From: a bacterium
Lineage (GTDB): Bacteria; Patescibacteriota; Minisyncoccia; UBA6257; JAGOQP01
Length of the DNA: 44,189 nucleotides
Reading direction: 5' to 3'
Assembly: GCA_021814445.1 (NCBI GenBank)
Contig: JAKAIF010000003.1
Coordinates: forward strand, 1 to 44,189
The notes under the pieces were generated by a model that was not told the DNA's origin, did not search any database, and worked only from the letters and a program-made list of their open reading frames with translations. Both the position numbers and the translations under genes were made by a program. Positions 18,839-28,400 of this stretch are shown here, one piece after another. Positions within the stretch are counted from its first letter, which is position 1, and each line of letters starts with the position of its first letter.

Positions 18839-19753
18839 ATGAATATAAAAAACCTTATTCAAGACTATATTGATTACCTTGAGGTAGAAAAAAACCGTTC
18901 CCCCAAAACCGTACTGAATTATCGTCGCTATCTTGAAACATTTGTAAAAGATCAGAACATCAAAGACCTCACAGATATTACCCAACATACCGTAAAACAA
19001 TTTCGTCTTTCTCTGGCGCGCAAAAAATTAAATGCCGATGCCTATTTAAAGCGCAACACGCAAGCTTATTACAGTATTGCAATCCGCAATTTTCTCAAAT
19101 ACCTTATTAAACAAAATATTTCTGTTTCTGTGCTTCCCGAACAAATAGAACTCCCCAAAGTGCCTCAACGCCAAATAGAAATTATTGAATATGCTGATTT
19201 AGAAAGATTTCTCAGTGCCCCTCAAGGTGATTCCCTGCGCGTGCTTCGTGATCGCGCTATTTTAGAAACACTTTTTTCTACCGGACTCCGTGTTTCAGAA
19301 CTCTGTTCTCTCTCGCGGTATATAGACATAGAACGAGGAGAGCTCACTGTACGTGGAAAGGGAGCAAAACTTCGGGTTATATTTCTTTCTCCACGCGCGC
19401 AAACAGCCCTGCGCGCCTATCTTGATAAACGTGGGGACGCAGACGAAGCATTATTTATAAGCCTGAGTAAAGCAAAAAATCCAAAAGTGTTGGGACGCAT
19501 TATCCCCCGAACCATTCAACGACTCGTACGTTTCTATGCTACCAAAGCAGGCATATTAGGAAAAGTGGTTCCCCATCAACTCCGCCATCAATTTGCGACC
19601 GACCTTCTTTCTAATGGCGCAGATTTGCGATCGGTGCAAGAACTTCTTGGTCATGCAAATATTGCTACCACACAAGTGTATACTCACATCACTAACAAAC
19701 AACTCCGAGATATACACAAAGCGTTTCATGGCAAACGCAGAGGAACAAAATAA
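18839..19753 (+). CDS. XerC/XerD-family tyrosine recombinase
   Basis: SAM-like N-terminus; RDRAILETLFSTGLRVSEL, GKG, HQLRH, LLGH, TTQVY catalytic residues. Confidence 0.95.
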   Translation: MNIKNLIQDYIDYLEVEKNRSPKTVLNYRRYLETFVKDQNIKDLTDITQHTVKQFRLSLARKKLNADAYLKRNTQAYYSIAIRNFLKYLIKQNISVSVLPEQIELPKVPQRQIEIIEYADLERFLSAPQGDSLRVLRDRAILETLFSTGLRVSELCSLSRYIDIERGELTVRGKGAKLRVIFLSPRAQTALRAYLDKRGDADEALFISLSKAKNPKVLGRIIPRTIQRLVRFYATKAGILGKVVPHQLRHQFATDLLSNGADLRSVQELLGHANIATTQVYTHITNKQLRDIHKAFHGKRRGTK

Positions 19754-19816
19754 ATAAATTTGCATTCTGGCTCCATCCACAGTATGCTTTTTATAGAATA
19801 TTAAATGAGGTGTAAG

Positions 19817-19945
19817 ATGAAATCCTTAGGAAACATCCTTTTTTGGGGAGGAATATTCCTCGCTTTTATAATTTCTTGCATCCTCTATATCGTAGTAAGA
19901 GGGGTAGAAATTATTTTTGGAATAGACCCTAAAAAAACTTGTTGA
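19817..19945 (+). CDS. Small hydrophobic membrane peptide (42 aa), below the ORF-track cutoff
   Basis: MKSLGNILFWGGIFLAFIISCILYIVVRGVEIIFGIDPKKTC; promoter TTGCAT-17-TATGCT, SD GAGGTG, downstream GC hairpin. Confidence 0.6.
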   Translation: MKSLGNILFWGGIFLAFIISCILYIVVRGVEIIFGIDPKKTC

Positions 19946-19963
19946 GAAAATCAACTCAGTCCT

Positions 19964-20023
19964 GTGCCGCCTCGCGCGGCATTTTGTTTATAAAAAGACC
20001 GCTCGATTACAAGTGGTCTTTTT
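19964..20023. terminator. Two adjacent terminator hairpins (small ORF and hppA)
   Basis: GTGCCGC..GCGGCATTTT and AAAAAGACC..GGTCTTTTT. Confidence 0.65.
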
Positions 20024-20050
20024 CATTTTTATACCGTGTGGAAATATCTA

Positions 20051-22105
20051 TTAGAGGAACGGCACAATTAACAATGCCACAATCATCACCACTTTAATAA
20101 GCGGATTGATTGCAGGACCCGCCGTATCTTTATACGGATCTCCCACGGTGTCCCCCGTGACCGCCGCCTTGTGCGCATCCGATCCTTTTCCTCCATAATT
20201 TCCATCTTCAATATATTTCTTTGCGTTATCCCACGCGGCTCCTCCTGAGGTCATGGAGATTGCCACAAACAATCCAGAGAGAATCGTTCCAATTAAGAGT
20301 CCTCCTAATGCTTGTACGCCAACCACCATGCCTACTTGTGGTCCCGCTGAACCAAAGAGTAACGTCGCAAGATATTTAAATCCAAATCCTACAATCAACA
20401 CCGCCACAATAGGCAATAACGCAGGCACAATCATTTCTTTTAGTGCCGCCTTCGTCACAATATCAACCGCTTTATCATATTCTGGTTGTGCGCTCCCATT
20501 CATAATTCCTTTTATCTCTTTGAACTGTCTGCGAATTTCTACCACCAAAACTCCCGCCGCCTTTCCAACCGACTTCATCGCAATAGAACTAAACAAGTAT
20601 GGAATAGAAGCACCAATCAACAACCCCACTAATACAAACGGGTTGGTAATATCAAACAATCCCGCCAATGCATCAGCGCTCGGCGCGCCAAATAATTTTG
20701 CAACTTCTCCGGTGAATCCCGCAAACAATGCAAGTGCCGCAAGTCCCGCAGAAGCAATCGCATATCCTTTCGTGACTGCCTTGGTTGTGTTTCCCACTGC
20801 ATCTAATGCATCGGTAATTTTTCGCACATCTTCATGCGCCTTTGTCATTTCTGCAATACCACCCGCATTATCAGTCACCGGACCAAACGCATCAATCGCC
20901 ACAATAATTCCTGCTACAGAAAGCATCGCGGTTGCCGCAAGCGCAACTCCATACACTCCAAAACTTAAGAAAGAAACCAAGATGCCCGCAGAAATAATAA
21001 GAATAGGAATAAAAGTTGACTTCATCCCCACAGAAAGTCCCATGATAATATTTGTACCATGTCCTGATTCTGATGCTTCTGCAATACCACGCACAGGTTT
21101 ATATTTTTTCGCGGTATAGTAATCGGTGACCACCACCATAAGCGCAGTCACCAACAATCCCGTAAGCGCTGGAATAAATACACTCCATGTCATATCAGGG
21201 AAGAAGATTGCCGATGCTGCATAGAATAATGCCGCTGAAACCGCAAGCGATACCGCCAATCCTTTATACAACGCATTCATGATTGCCTCATGCTTATCAG
21301 TACGTACAAAAAATGTTCCAATGATGGAGGCGATAATGGCGGCGCCACCCAATACTAACGGAAAGAGCACTTGTTCTCCTTTGATATAGGTAAAGGTGGA
21401 ACCCAAAAGAATTGCCGCCGCTAAGGTGACCGCATAGGTTTCAAATAAATCAGCCGCCATACCCGCACAATCTCCCACATTATCTCCCACATTGTCTGCA
21501 ATAACGCCAGGATTGCGAGGATCATCTTCTGGAATTCCTGCTTCTATTTTTCCTACTAAGTCTGTTCCCACATCTGCCGCTTTGGTAAAAATTCCCCCTC
21601 CCAAACGAGCAAAAATAGAAATTAAACTTGCACCAAATCCAAGACCAATCAACGCATTCGCGTTATAGCCCGTTATAATATAAAATCCCGCGACCGCTAA
21701 AAGTCCCAAAGCAACCACAAGCAATCCAGTCACTGATCCTGCCTTAAACGCAAGAGAGAGCGCTTTTCCAATTCCCTTGTGAGCCGCTTGTGCTGTTTTT
21801 GTATTCGCACGGACTGACACATTCATACCGATATATCCCGCAAGCGCAGACATAAGCGCTCCTACGAGAAATCCAAGTGCCATAACCCATCCCAGCGCCA
21901 ACGCAATAACCAAGAACAATACCACCGCAACAATTCCTACGGTGCGATATTGTCTATTCAGATAGGCACGTGAGCCAACTTGAATTGCTTTTGATATTTT
22001 CTGCATCTCTTCATTGCCTGAAGACTGCTTATTGAGCCATCCCATAAGAAACGCCGTATAAATCACCGCGATTCCAATCGGAATAAAAATAATGTAATAC
22101 AACAT
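20051..22105 (-). CDS. hppA: Membrane-bound ion-translocating pyrophosphatase (K+-independent H+-PPase signature)
   Basis: [58 protein letters not shown]. Start ATG 22105. Confidence 0.96.
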   Translation of the reverse strand: MLYYIIFIPIGIAVIYTAFLMGWLNKQSSGNEEMQKISKAIQVGSRAYLNRQYRTVGIVAVVLFLVIALALGWVMALGFLVGALMSALAGYIGMNVSVRANTKTAQAAHKGIGKALSLAFKAGSVTGLLVVALGLLAVAGFYIITGYNANALIGLGFGASLISIFARLGGGIFTKAADVGTDLVGKIEAGIPEDDPRNPGVIADNVGDNVGDCAGMAADLFETYAVTLAAAILLGSTFTYIKGEQVLFPLVLGGAAIIASIIGTFFVRTDKHEAIMNALYKGLAVSLAVSAALFYAASAIFFPDMTWSVFIPALTGLLVTALMVVVTDYYTAKKYKPVRGIAEASESGHGTNIIMGLSVGMKSTFIPILIISAGILVSFLSFGVYGVALAATAMLSVAGIIVAIDAFGPVTDNAGGIAEMTKAHEDVRKITDALDAVGNTTKAVTKGYAIASAGLAALALFAGFTGEVAKLFGAPSADALAGLFDITNPFVLVGLLIGASIPYLFSSIAMKSVGKAAGVLVVEIRRQFKEIKGIMNGSAQPEYDKAVDIVTKAALKEMIVPALLPIVAVLIVGFGFKYLATLLFGSAGPQVGMVVGVQALGGLLIGTILSGLFVAISMTSGGAAWDNAKKYIEDGNYGGKGSDAHKAAVTGDTVGDPYKDTAGPAINPLIKVVMIVALLIVPFL

Positions 22106-22219
22106 TGATTTATTAATTAATGATAAAACGAATATGACCACTATATCATCACGGAGTATTTTTTCAACCTTATGCTGCTTGAAAACAAATCAAAAAGAGG
22201 TAGAATCCAATAATTATAC

Positions 22220-22301
22220 GGGGGCGTGGTGAAACTGGTATACACGCAGCGCTTAGGACGCTGTGCCGCAAGGTGTGAGAGTTCGAGTCTCTCCGCCCCC
22301 A
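22220..22301 (+). tRNA. tRNA-Leu (anticodon TAG)
   Basis: Acceptor GGGGGCG/CGCCCCC, anticodon arm CAGCG-CTTAGGA-CGCTG, long variable arm, GTTCGA T-loop. Confidence 0.96.
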
Positions 22302-22352
22302 CCCCGTAAAAAACGCGCACCGCCCAAAAGGCGGTGTTTACGTTTCACGGGG
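22302..22352. repeat. CCCCG...CGGGG palindromic element abutting the tRNA-Leu 3' end
   Basis: CCCCGT...ACGGGG termini with inner CACCGCC/GGCGGTG stem. Confidence 0.7.
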
Positions 22353-22428
22353 TTGGAACGTGATAAAATTGGAACAATTTTATTTTACGTTTCACTGCTT
22401 TATACTGTTATAAAATAATTTTACTACT

Positions 22429-22692
22429 ATGTTTTTTGTGTATGTTCTTCATAGTAAAAAAGATAATAAATTGTATATTGGATACTCGTCTAATTTGAAA
22501 GAGAGATTAAAGACTCATATTGATGGGCGAGTTATTTCAACAAAAAACAGACGACCACTCATTCTCATCTACTATGAGGCATATATACATATACAAGACG
22601 CAAAGAAGAGGGAGGACTTTCTTAAAAGTGGTTCGGGGCACAGATTTCTTAAAAATCAGCTGAATAATTATTTTATTTATAAAGATATATAA
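22429..22692 (+). CDS. Stand-alone small GIY-YIG endonuclease
   Basis: FVYVLHS...LYIGYS.NLKERL..H, YYEAY, A..RE..LKSG.G. Confidence 0.92.
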   Translation: MFFVYVLHSKKDNKLYIGYSSNLKERLKTHIDGRVISTKNRRPLILIYYEAYIHIQDAKKREDFLKSGSGHRFLKNQLNNYFIYKDI

Positions 22693-22755
22693 AATCACCT
22701 TATTTTAAGCCATTTCCTGCTTATTCCCCTCTTATCCACTCTTTCTGTATGGACG

Positions 22756-22859
22756 TTGACAAAATGCTATATTATATGCTATAATATAGTCAGTTACTTT
22801 GACAACTCTGTTTAATTATTCACCCAGAACATTCCGTGTTTTGGGTGAATAATTAAACA
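22756..22859 (+). promoter_or_regulatory. Consensus promoter with extended -10 and a 23-bp leader hairpin
   Basis: TTGACA 22756-22761, TGcTATAAT ending 22785; hairpin 22809-22859. Confidence 0.75.
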
Positions 22860-22893
22860 ATAAAATGTAAAATAAAAACGTACGGAGGTACAA

Positions 22894-24153
22894 ATGGGAA
22901 ACAAACAATCATCACTTCTTGACCGATATTTGGAATATCGAATTAGAATGAGGGAAATGAAAGAATCTAGAAGAATAGAGAGTGGAAAACTAGATCGAGA
23001 TAAGTACCTCAGAAAAATGGATTACAAAGAAACAAAAAGAAGAGAAAAACAGGCAAAGAAATCTGCAAAAAAACAGGCAAAAGAAACTAAAAAGTTAGTG
23101 AAAAAGAACAAACCGCGTAGAGTCTCTACGTCTACAAAATTTGTATTCTTTTTCATTCTGCCTGTAATATTTCTTATTCTTCTTGTCGGCACATCGTTCA
23201 TTTTCGGAGAACTCCAGCTTTTCATTCCTATAATGATTTCGCTGGGAATAGTAATAGTACTAACAGCTTCTGCATTAAAAGAAACCACCACATATCCCAA
23301 CTTTTTCATTAAAAGAATTCTCGGCGTATATGAACGTAAGGGATATAGTCTCCATACGTATGTTCTGGACAAGGAGTCTATAAAAAATGATGTGGAAATT
23401 CCCTACTACAAAGGAGGACTCGCTTTTGTGTGGTTTTGGGAAGAAATAGTTCCTGTTTTTGGAGGAGAAGAAAAAATAGTCAGAGAGATAAAAGATGTTC
23501 TCTATCCGAATGACGGGGTTAGTATTAGAACAAACCTTGGAATAGCAACAAGTTTTTCTCCAAACAATATGTCTGAAACTCTTCGTAAGTGTGGAAAAGT
23601 TGAAAAGGAGGTCACTAAAGAACATCTAAAAACTGTTTCCGACCTGTTTTTCAATATGGTAGAGCCTGAATTCAAGGCCACTATCAAAGACTTTGCTAGC
23701 ACCAACAAAAATTCAACATACGAAACCTTGATCAACTCCACAAAAACAATTGCAACAGATTTAAAAAATAATGTTGAGGCTCTCACCGATGTCCAGGGAA
23801 CTGTTAATGGCGCCCATCTAGTTGAAAAATTCGGAATAATTGTCTCCGATTACAATCCAGAGATGAGACCAGACGCTAAGGTTGAAGAAGCCAAAGAAGG
23901 AATAACAATAGCAAGAATGAATAAGGAAGCTGCGTTGAACGAAATAGCTGTAAAAAAAGATGTTCTTGTGGCAATAGGAACAGCAATAAAAGAAACAACC
24001 GGCGACGATCCTTCACAAGAAGCCATGGGAAATCTCGCCCTGTCCATGTTTGGAAATAGTAACAATGTTCTATTCATGGGAAACAGTGGTGGAAAAAATC
24101 CCGCCGTTGCAATTAATACAAATAACTCTAAGAAGGGAGGACCTAAACCATGA
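22894..24153 (+). CDS. Membrane protein, divergent SPFH/band-7-like
   Basis: Basic N-terminal helix, two TM helices, GGLAFVWFWEEI, FGIIV...RPDAKVEEA followed by an Ala/Glu helix; SD GGAGG. Confidence 0.55.
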   Translation: MGNKQSSLLDRYLEYRIRMREMKESRRIESGKLDRDKYLRKMDYKETKRREKQAKKSAKKQAKETKKLVKKNKPRRVSTSTKFVFFFILPVIFLILLVGTSFIFGELQLFIPIMISLGIVIVLTASALKETTTYPNFFIKRILGVYERKGYSLHTYVLDKESIKNDVEIPYYKGGLAFVWFWEEIVPVFGGEEKIVREIKDVLYPNDGVSIRTNLGIATSFSPNNMSETLRKCGKVEKEVTKEHLKTVSDLFFNMVEPEFKATIKDFASTNKNSTYETLINSTKTIATDLKNNVEALTDVQGTVNGAHLVEKFGIIVSDYNPEMRPDAKVEEAKEGITIARMNKEAALNEIAVKKDVLVAIGTAIKETTGDDPSQEAMGNLALSMFGNSNNVLFMGNSGGKNPAVAINTNNSKKGGPKP

Positions 24154-24665
24154 AAGGACTAAAAAAAACAATAACAATCATCGGCATAATTATCCTCCTT
24201 GTTGGGCTTTTCTTCCTCGGAAAGAAAGCTAATGAAAAAGACGGTGCAAACCGTCAGAATGATTACAAAGAACGGGTAGCGGCGAAACAGCAGAGCGAAC
24301 CACCAGCCCCACCTCCCCTAGGGAGTCTCTGGAATCCAATATCACTCAACAAAATCATTGGTAACTTCGGTGGAGTATATGTCATCAACCCCGGAGATTC
24401 AGTGTTTGTTGAGTTCGGAGATTTAAGATTCATCGGTTATACACTCAGGTATTCTGATCCTAGTGGCAAAAGCCGCATAACCAGAATAAATAAAGGAAGA
24501 ACATTAAAAGATCTGGAGGAGACTCCTGGAAGGAGAATCTCAAATTCAAAGATGGATGGCATAGATAAAATCTGTGTCAAGAATCTTGGCGAAAATGAGA
24601 TTCGTATTTACGCCTGGTACGGATACAAATCAGCCGCAAGATTTGCAGAACTCGGCGGCTACTAA
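24150..24665 (+). CDS. Membrane-anchored hypothetical protein
   Basis: ATGA overlap with the upstream gene, SD GGAGG, N-terminal TM helix, poly-Pro linker. Confidence 0.75.
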   Translation: MKGLKKTITIIGIIILLVGLFFLGKKANEKDGANRQNDYKERVAAKQQSEPPAPPPLGSLWNPISLNKIIGNFGGVYVINPGDSVFVEFGDLRFIGYTLRYSDPSGKSRITRINKGRTLKDLEETPGRRISNSKMDGIDKICVKNLGENEIRIYAWYGYKSAARFAELGGY

Positions 24666-24691
24666 TAAACAATTTACATTTTATACAAAAC

Positions 24692-24721
24692 AAAAACCCC
24701 GCTGGACGCGGGGCTTTTTTT
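24692..24721. terminator. Bidirectional intrinsic terminator
   Basis: AAAAACCCCGC-TGGAC-GCGGGGCTTTTTTT between convergent operons. Confidence 0.75.
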
Positions 24722-24738
24722 ATTTTTGACTCAATTTT

Positions 24739-25119
24739 TTAGTAGGTCAACTGGTTTGTAACTGAATTCTGTACAAATGACACAATTCCGTATGAAAGTA
24801 ATGCAACGGCGATTCCCACGATTGCATATAACAATTCACTCTTTGCAGTCTTTGTTTTTGTAGCATCTCCCTTACTGGTCACAAAATGGAACGCGGCAAG
24901 TAATATCATCGCGATAGCAACGATAAAGATGATGGTGTAGAACCATTTTACAACGGTCAATACAACACCCACCCATCCGGTCACGCTATTTGGTCCCGTC
25001 TGCGCGATTCCCACATCTTTTGGGGTTGGGATACTTCCTGGTCCGATAGCTAACACTGCTGGTGCAAACATCACTCCTAAAACGAGTGCCATTGCGATTG
25101 ATACAAATATTTTTTTCAT
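24739..25119 (-). CDS. VirB2/TrbC-like pilin family protein
   Basis: Signal peptide plus two hydrophobic helices joined by FVTSKGDATKTKTAK. Confidence 0.8.
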   Translation of the reverse strand: MKKIFVSIAMALVLGVMFAPAVLAIGPGSIPTPKDVGIAQTGPNSVTGWVGVVLTVVKWFYTIIFIVAIAMILLAAFHFVTSKGDATKTKTAKSELLYAIVGIAVALLSYGIVSFVQNSVTNQLTY

Positions 25120-25180
25120 ATGTTATTTAATAATTATATTTTTATTATATACCGTTTTATTTAAAAATCCAACTCCTGCC

Positions 25181-25645
25181 TTATGTGGTCGGTAATGGAG
25201 GCAATGTTGGTGTCGGCGTTGGTGTTGATGCCGGCGCTGAAGATTGTCCTCCCGTAACGAGAAAATCTTGTACCACCATACTTATTCCCGTTGCGACTAA
25301 AGCAACTGCGATTGCAACCACCGCCCATTTCAATTGTTTTTTTGCGGTCTCTACAAGCTTCTCATTACTTCCTCCTTGCACAAAGTTATACGCCGCCAAT
25401 AAAATCATCGCAACCGCCACAATAAAGAACAGTGTATACATCCATTTTATAATCACCACAATCAACCCAATGACTCCGGAACCCTGATCCCCCACAGTGG
25501 TGATGGGTGATTTCATATTTGGATCATTCTCAAATGGATTAATAACACTCGCTTGTGCATAACCAGGAGAAAGCAGTTGGGGAACATGTAATACCACCCC
25601 GAGACTTATTACAAGAAAGAATGAAATAAATAAAAGTTTTTTCAT
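25181..25645 (-). CDS. VirB2/TrbC-like pilin family protein with Pro/Thr tail
   Basis: Same architecture (GGSNEKLVETAKKQL); C-terminal TPTPTP. Confidence 0.8.
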   Translation of the reverse strand: MKKLLFISFFLVISLGVVLHVPQLLSPGYAQASVINPFENDPNMKSPITTVGDQGSGVIGLIVVIIKWMYTLFFIVAVAMILLAAYNFVQGGSNEKLVETAKKQLKWAVVAIAVALVATGISMVVQDFLVTGGQSSAPASTPTPTPTLPPLPTT

Positions 25646-25654
25646 AAAAATATA

Positions 25655-25996
25655 TTATTGAGTTCTTAAAATAGAATCCACAATAGATGAAACACCCGCT
25701 GATACTAATGCAATTGCAATAGCAATAACTGCGTTTTTGAGAGATGCAGTCGCTTTCTTCACCTCTGTTTCATTATCCTTTGCCATCAAATATTTATAGG
25801 CGGCGAGGAGAATAAATCCCACTGCGAGGATAAAGAAAACCCAAAATCCCCATTTGGTAATTCCCACAAGCCAATTTTCCACATCACCCGCACTCTTAAT
25901 AGGAGACGTGGGCGCTGGATTATTACCGAGCGCATAGGTGGCATGAGCCAACATAAACACCCCGACGGAAAAAAAGATTGTCTTTAAATACTTCAT
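25655..25996 (-). CDS. VirB2/TrbC-like pilin family protein
   Basis: Same architecture (YKYLMAKDNETEVKKA). Confidence 0.8.
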   Translation of the reverse strand: MKYLKTIFFSVGVFMLAHATYALGNNPAPTSPIKSAGDVENWLVGITKWGFWVFFILAVGFILLAAYKYLMAKDNETEVKKATASLKNAVIAIAIALVSAGVSSIVDSILRTQ

Positions 25997-26000
25997 ACAA

Positions 26001-26363
26001 TTATGTTAATGATAATATACTTTGTACCACATAGAGAACTCCGTCCGCCACAATAACCACTGCCGCTCCGAGTGCCGCGTGCTTCAATGTTTTTACTCCA
26101 TTCTCAAATTTTGTTGCATTATCTTGAGCCACCAACATCTGAAACCCTCCATAGAGCGCCATAATGGTAATTATCGGAATAGAAATCATGGTCAAATAGG
26201 AGATGATTTTACTCAAGAGATCAGAGAGTGTACCCGTACCATTGGGATCAAGTGGGTTGGTAAGCATGGTCACGTTTTGAGCTCCCACAGAGAGCGCGCC
26301 AAGAAATAAGAAGATAAATAGTATATATATACTCCGTGCTTTGTTTTTTATAGAAAAATACAT
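26001..26363 (-). CDS. VirB2/TrbC-like pilin family protein
   Basis: LTNPL motif; GGFQMLVAQDNATKFENG. Confidence 0.8.
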   Translation of the reverse strand: MYFSIKNKARSIYILFIFLFLGALSVGAQNVTMLTNPLDPNGTGTLSDLLSKIISYLTMISIPIITIMALYGGFQMLVAQDNATKFENGVKTLKHAALGAAVVIVADGVLYVVQSILSLT

Positions 26364-26383
26364 GTCTTTATTTAATACCTATA

Positions 26384-26749
26384 TTAATTTGTAGTCAAAC
26401 CTAAGAATGAAATAATTGTTTGCACCACAACCCACGCAAGCAATGCAAATCCAAATCCCCACACCACTCCTTTTATCATATCAAGGCCGCTCTTATATTT
26501 TGATTCATTCCCTGCGGCAGTGAGCATTTTAAATCCCCCAATAATAATGAGTATGGTGAGTATAGGAATAACAATAAACATCAATCCCTTATTGATAATG
26601 TTATTGATTGTGGGGATAACGTCATTATAGGTACACTCAGGTTGGTTGTATCCCCCACAGATAACCAGCCCCTCTTCTGTTTGCGCAAACACAGACAGAG
26701 CAGAAAGCCCCAAAAACAGCGCGGTGATACCAAATATAAATCGTTTCAT
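26384..26749 (-). CDS. VirB2/TrbC-like pilin family protein with N-terminal Cys pair
   Basis: GLVICG.....C; GGFKMLTAAGNESK. Confidence 0.8.
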   Translation of the reverse strand: MKRFIFGITALFLGLSALSVFAQTEEGLVICGGYNQPECTYNDVIPTINNIINKGLMFIVIPILTILIIIGGFKMLTAAGNESKYKSGLDMIKGVVWGFGFALLAWVVVQTIISFLGLTTN

Positions 26750-26795
26750 AAATATTATCTTTAGTATAGCAAATCTAAAAACGAGTCGCTAGTTT

Positions 26796-28124
26796 TTAGT
26801 TTCCATTAATTTCTTCCTGCGCCGCCCGCGCTCCCTGCGACAACGTTGTCTTTCCTGTTGCGACGTTATCAATCATGCGTCCGAGAACATCCTTCATTTT
26901 CTCATCATCTGGTCGTATCCATGTGCGCGCGATTAAAAAGCTTTTTAGAAACGCTCCATTCTCTCCATTTTTATCGGCATCTATCAAAGATAAAAGGGCG
27001 GGAAGTTTTTGTGTCGCTTGAACATACGCCTTACTTACGTCTGGAGTCATGGTTGCAAACCGTATAAAGTGCCATGCCACATATGCCTGTTTTGATTGAC
27101 GAGAAACCCCTAATCCCCAATAGGATGCTAACGTTTGAGCATCTTGTGGTCGAGCAGAAAGTTGTGGCACGGGAGCAACTCCAATCTGAATAAAATTATT
27201 TTTTGATTTAATTTCTGCAAGCGCGCTGTGAGTATCAATGAGCATACTCACCTTTTGCGCCGCGAATGCATCACGCGCAGAACCCATGGTGTCGCTCCAT
27301 GAATAATAGGGATTCACTGGATTCGCAAATTGTAAATAAAAAGAAGTTGCTTTCTGAGCTGGATCATCAAACACCACTCCGTTTGCAGTATTGAGCGTTG
27401 CCCCCGATTGCATCATAAGGAGTGGTAAAATATCATCAAAATTAGAAACGCCTCGCGCCGTTCCCAGAGCGATTGGAGATGCTTGTATATTTTTCTGCGC
27501 ATCCATTTCCCGCAGTGTAGGAATAAGCCCCACTACCTCATCCCATGTTTTTGGAGGATAAATTATCGCTTTCGTGTTGAAAATGTCTTTATTGTAGAGT
27601 AGTGCAAGCGCGTCAAAATGAAGTGGGAGCGCAAATACATATGCTTGATTGTCGCTTGCGGTGAGTACCATGTCTTTATATACCGCTTGCGGGAATGCCT
27701 GGCTCACCATAAGAGGAGACACCATGCCCACTGGGGCAGGTTGCAATTTTGCCGCATCTTTCTGAAGCCAAGAATTTTTCACCATAAAAATATCGGGGCC
27801 TTGTCCTTCGGCAAGCGCGGTCACTAATGCTTTTTCATATGCAGTCACAGAATCAAATTTTGTATATTGTACTGAAACACTTTTGGAAACTGGTTGGGCC
27901 TGATATGACTCAGAAATTCCCTTAAAAGCAGCCGCTTCATCCCCCACCCCCCATACCTGCAAGGTAATTTTTCCCGTGGGGAAATTCGGATCAAGTGATT
28001 GACTTGATTTAAAAATAGGAATAATTCCCGTAAGACCCAGTATCACCAACAGAATGAGTATTCCTACGACCCCAATGATAGTAAGTTGTTGTTTATTCAA
28101 ACCGCTAAAAAAATCTGCATTCAT
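26796..28124 (-). CDS. Extracellular solute-binding protein (sugar ABC family 1-like), TM-anchored
   Basis: ITLQVWG, ALAEGQGPDIF, LLYNKDIF, PPKTWDE, AWHFIRF. Start ATG 28124. Confidence 0.85.
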   Translation of the reverse strand: MNADFFSGLNKQQLTIIGVVGILILLVILGLTGIIPIFKSSQSLDPNFPTGKITLQVWGVGDEAAAFKGISESYQAQPVSKSVSVQYTKFDSVTAYEKALVTALAEGQGPDIFMVKNSWLQKDAAKLQPAPVGMVSPLMVSQAFPQAVYKDMVLTASDNQAYVFALPLHFDALALLYNKDIFNTKAIIYPPKTWDEVVGLIPTLREMDAQKNIQASPIALGTARGVSNFDDILPLLMMQSGATLNTANGVVFDDPAQKATSFYLQFANPVNPYYSWSDTMGSARDAFAAQKVSMLIDTHSALAEIKSKNNFIQIGVAPVPQLSARPQDAQTLASYWGLGVSRQSKQAYVAWHFIRFATMTPDVSKAYVQATQKLPALLSLIDADKNGENGAFLKSFLIARTWIRPDDEKMKDVLGRMIDNVATGKTTLSQGARAAQEEINGN

Positions 28125-28400
28125 ACCCAGTATATCAACAACGATATGTGCAACGCACACCCATTGTTATGATTAAAAATAATTTTAATTTCTGTCTGTT
28201 AGTATACTCGATTACATACGTGATTAGTAATTTAAATCGTTGTTGTATTACCGGGCATACCCAGTAACATTAATTCTCTTTATTATATTCTATATACTAT
28301 ATATATGGAATAGGCGCCGCATCTCTCATTTGAATTTCGCGGTATTCTGAGTTACAGTAATGTGGTTATCGTCCGTAGTAAGACTAAAAATTTATATCAC

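Noticed and set aside
18839-19753. Tyrosine recombinase as a prophage or island integrase
   Set aside because: Looks like a housekeeping XerC/D; no phage genes or flanking att repeats around it
20253-21119. 288-aa plus-strand ORF
   Set aside because: Antisense shadow of hppA with no recognisable motifs
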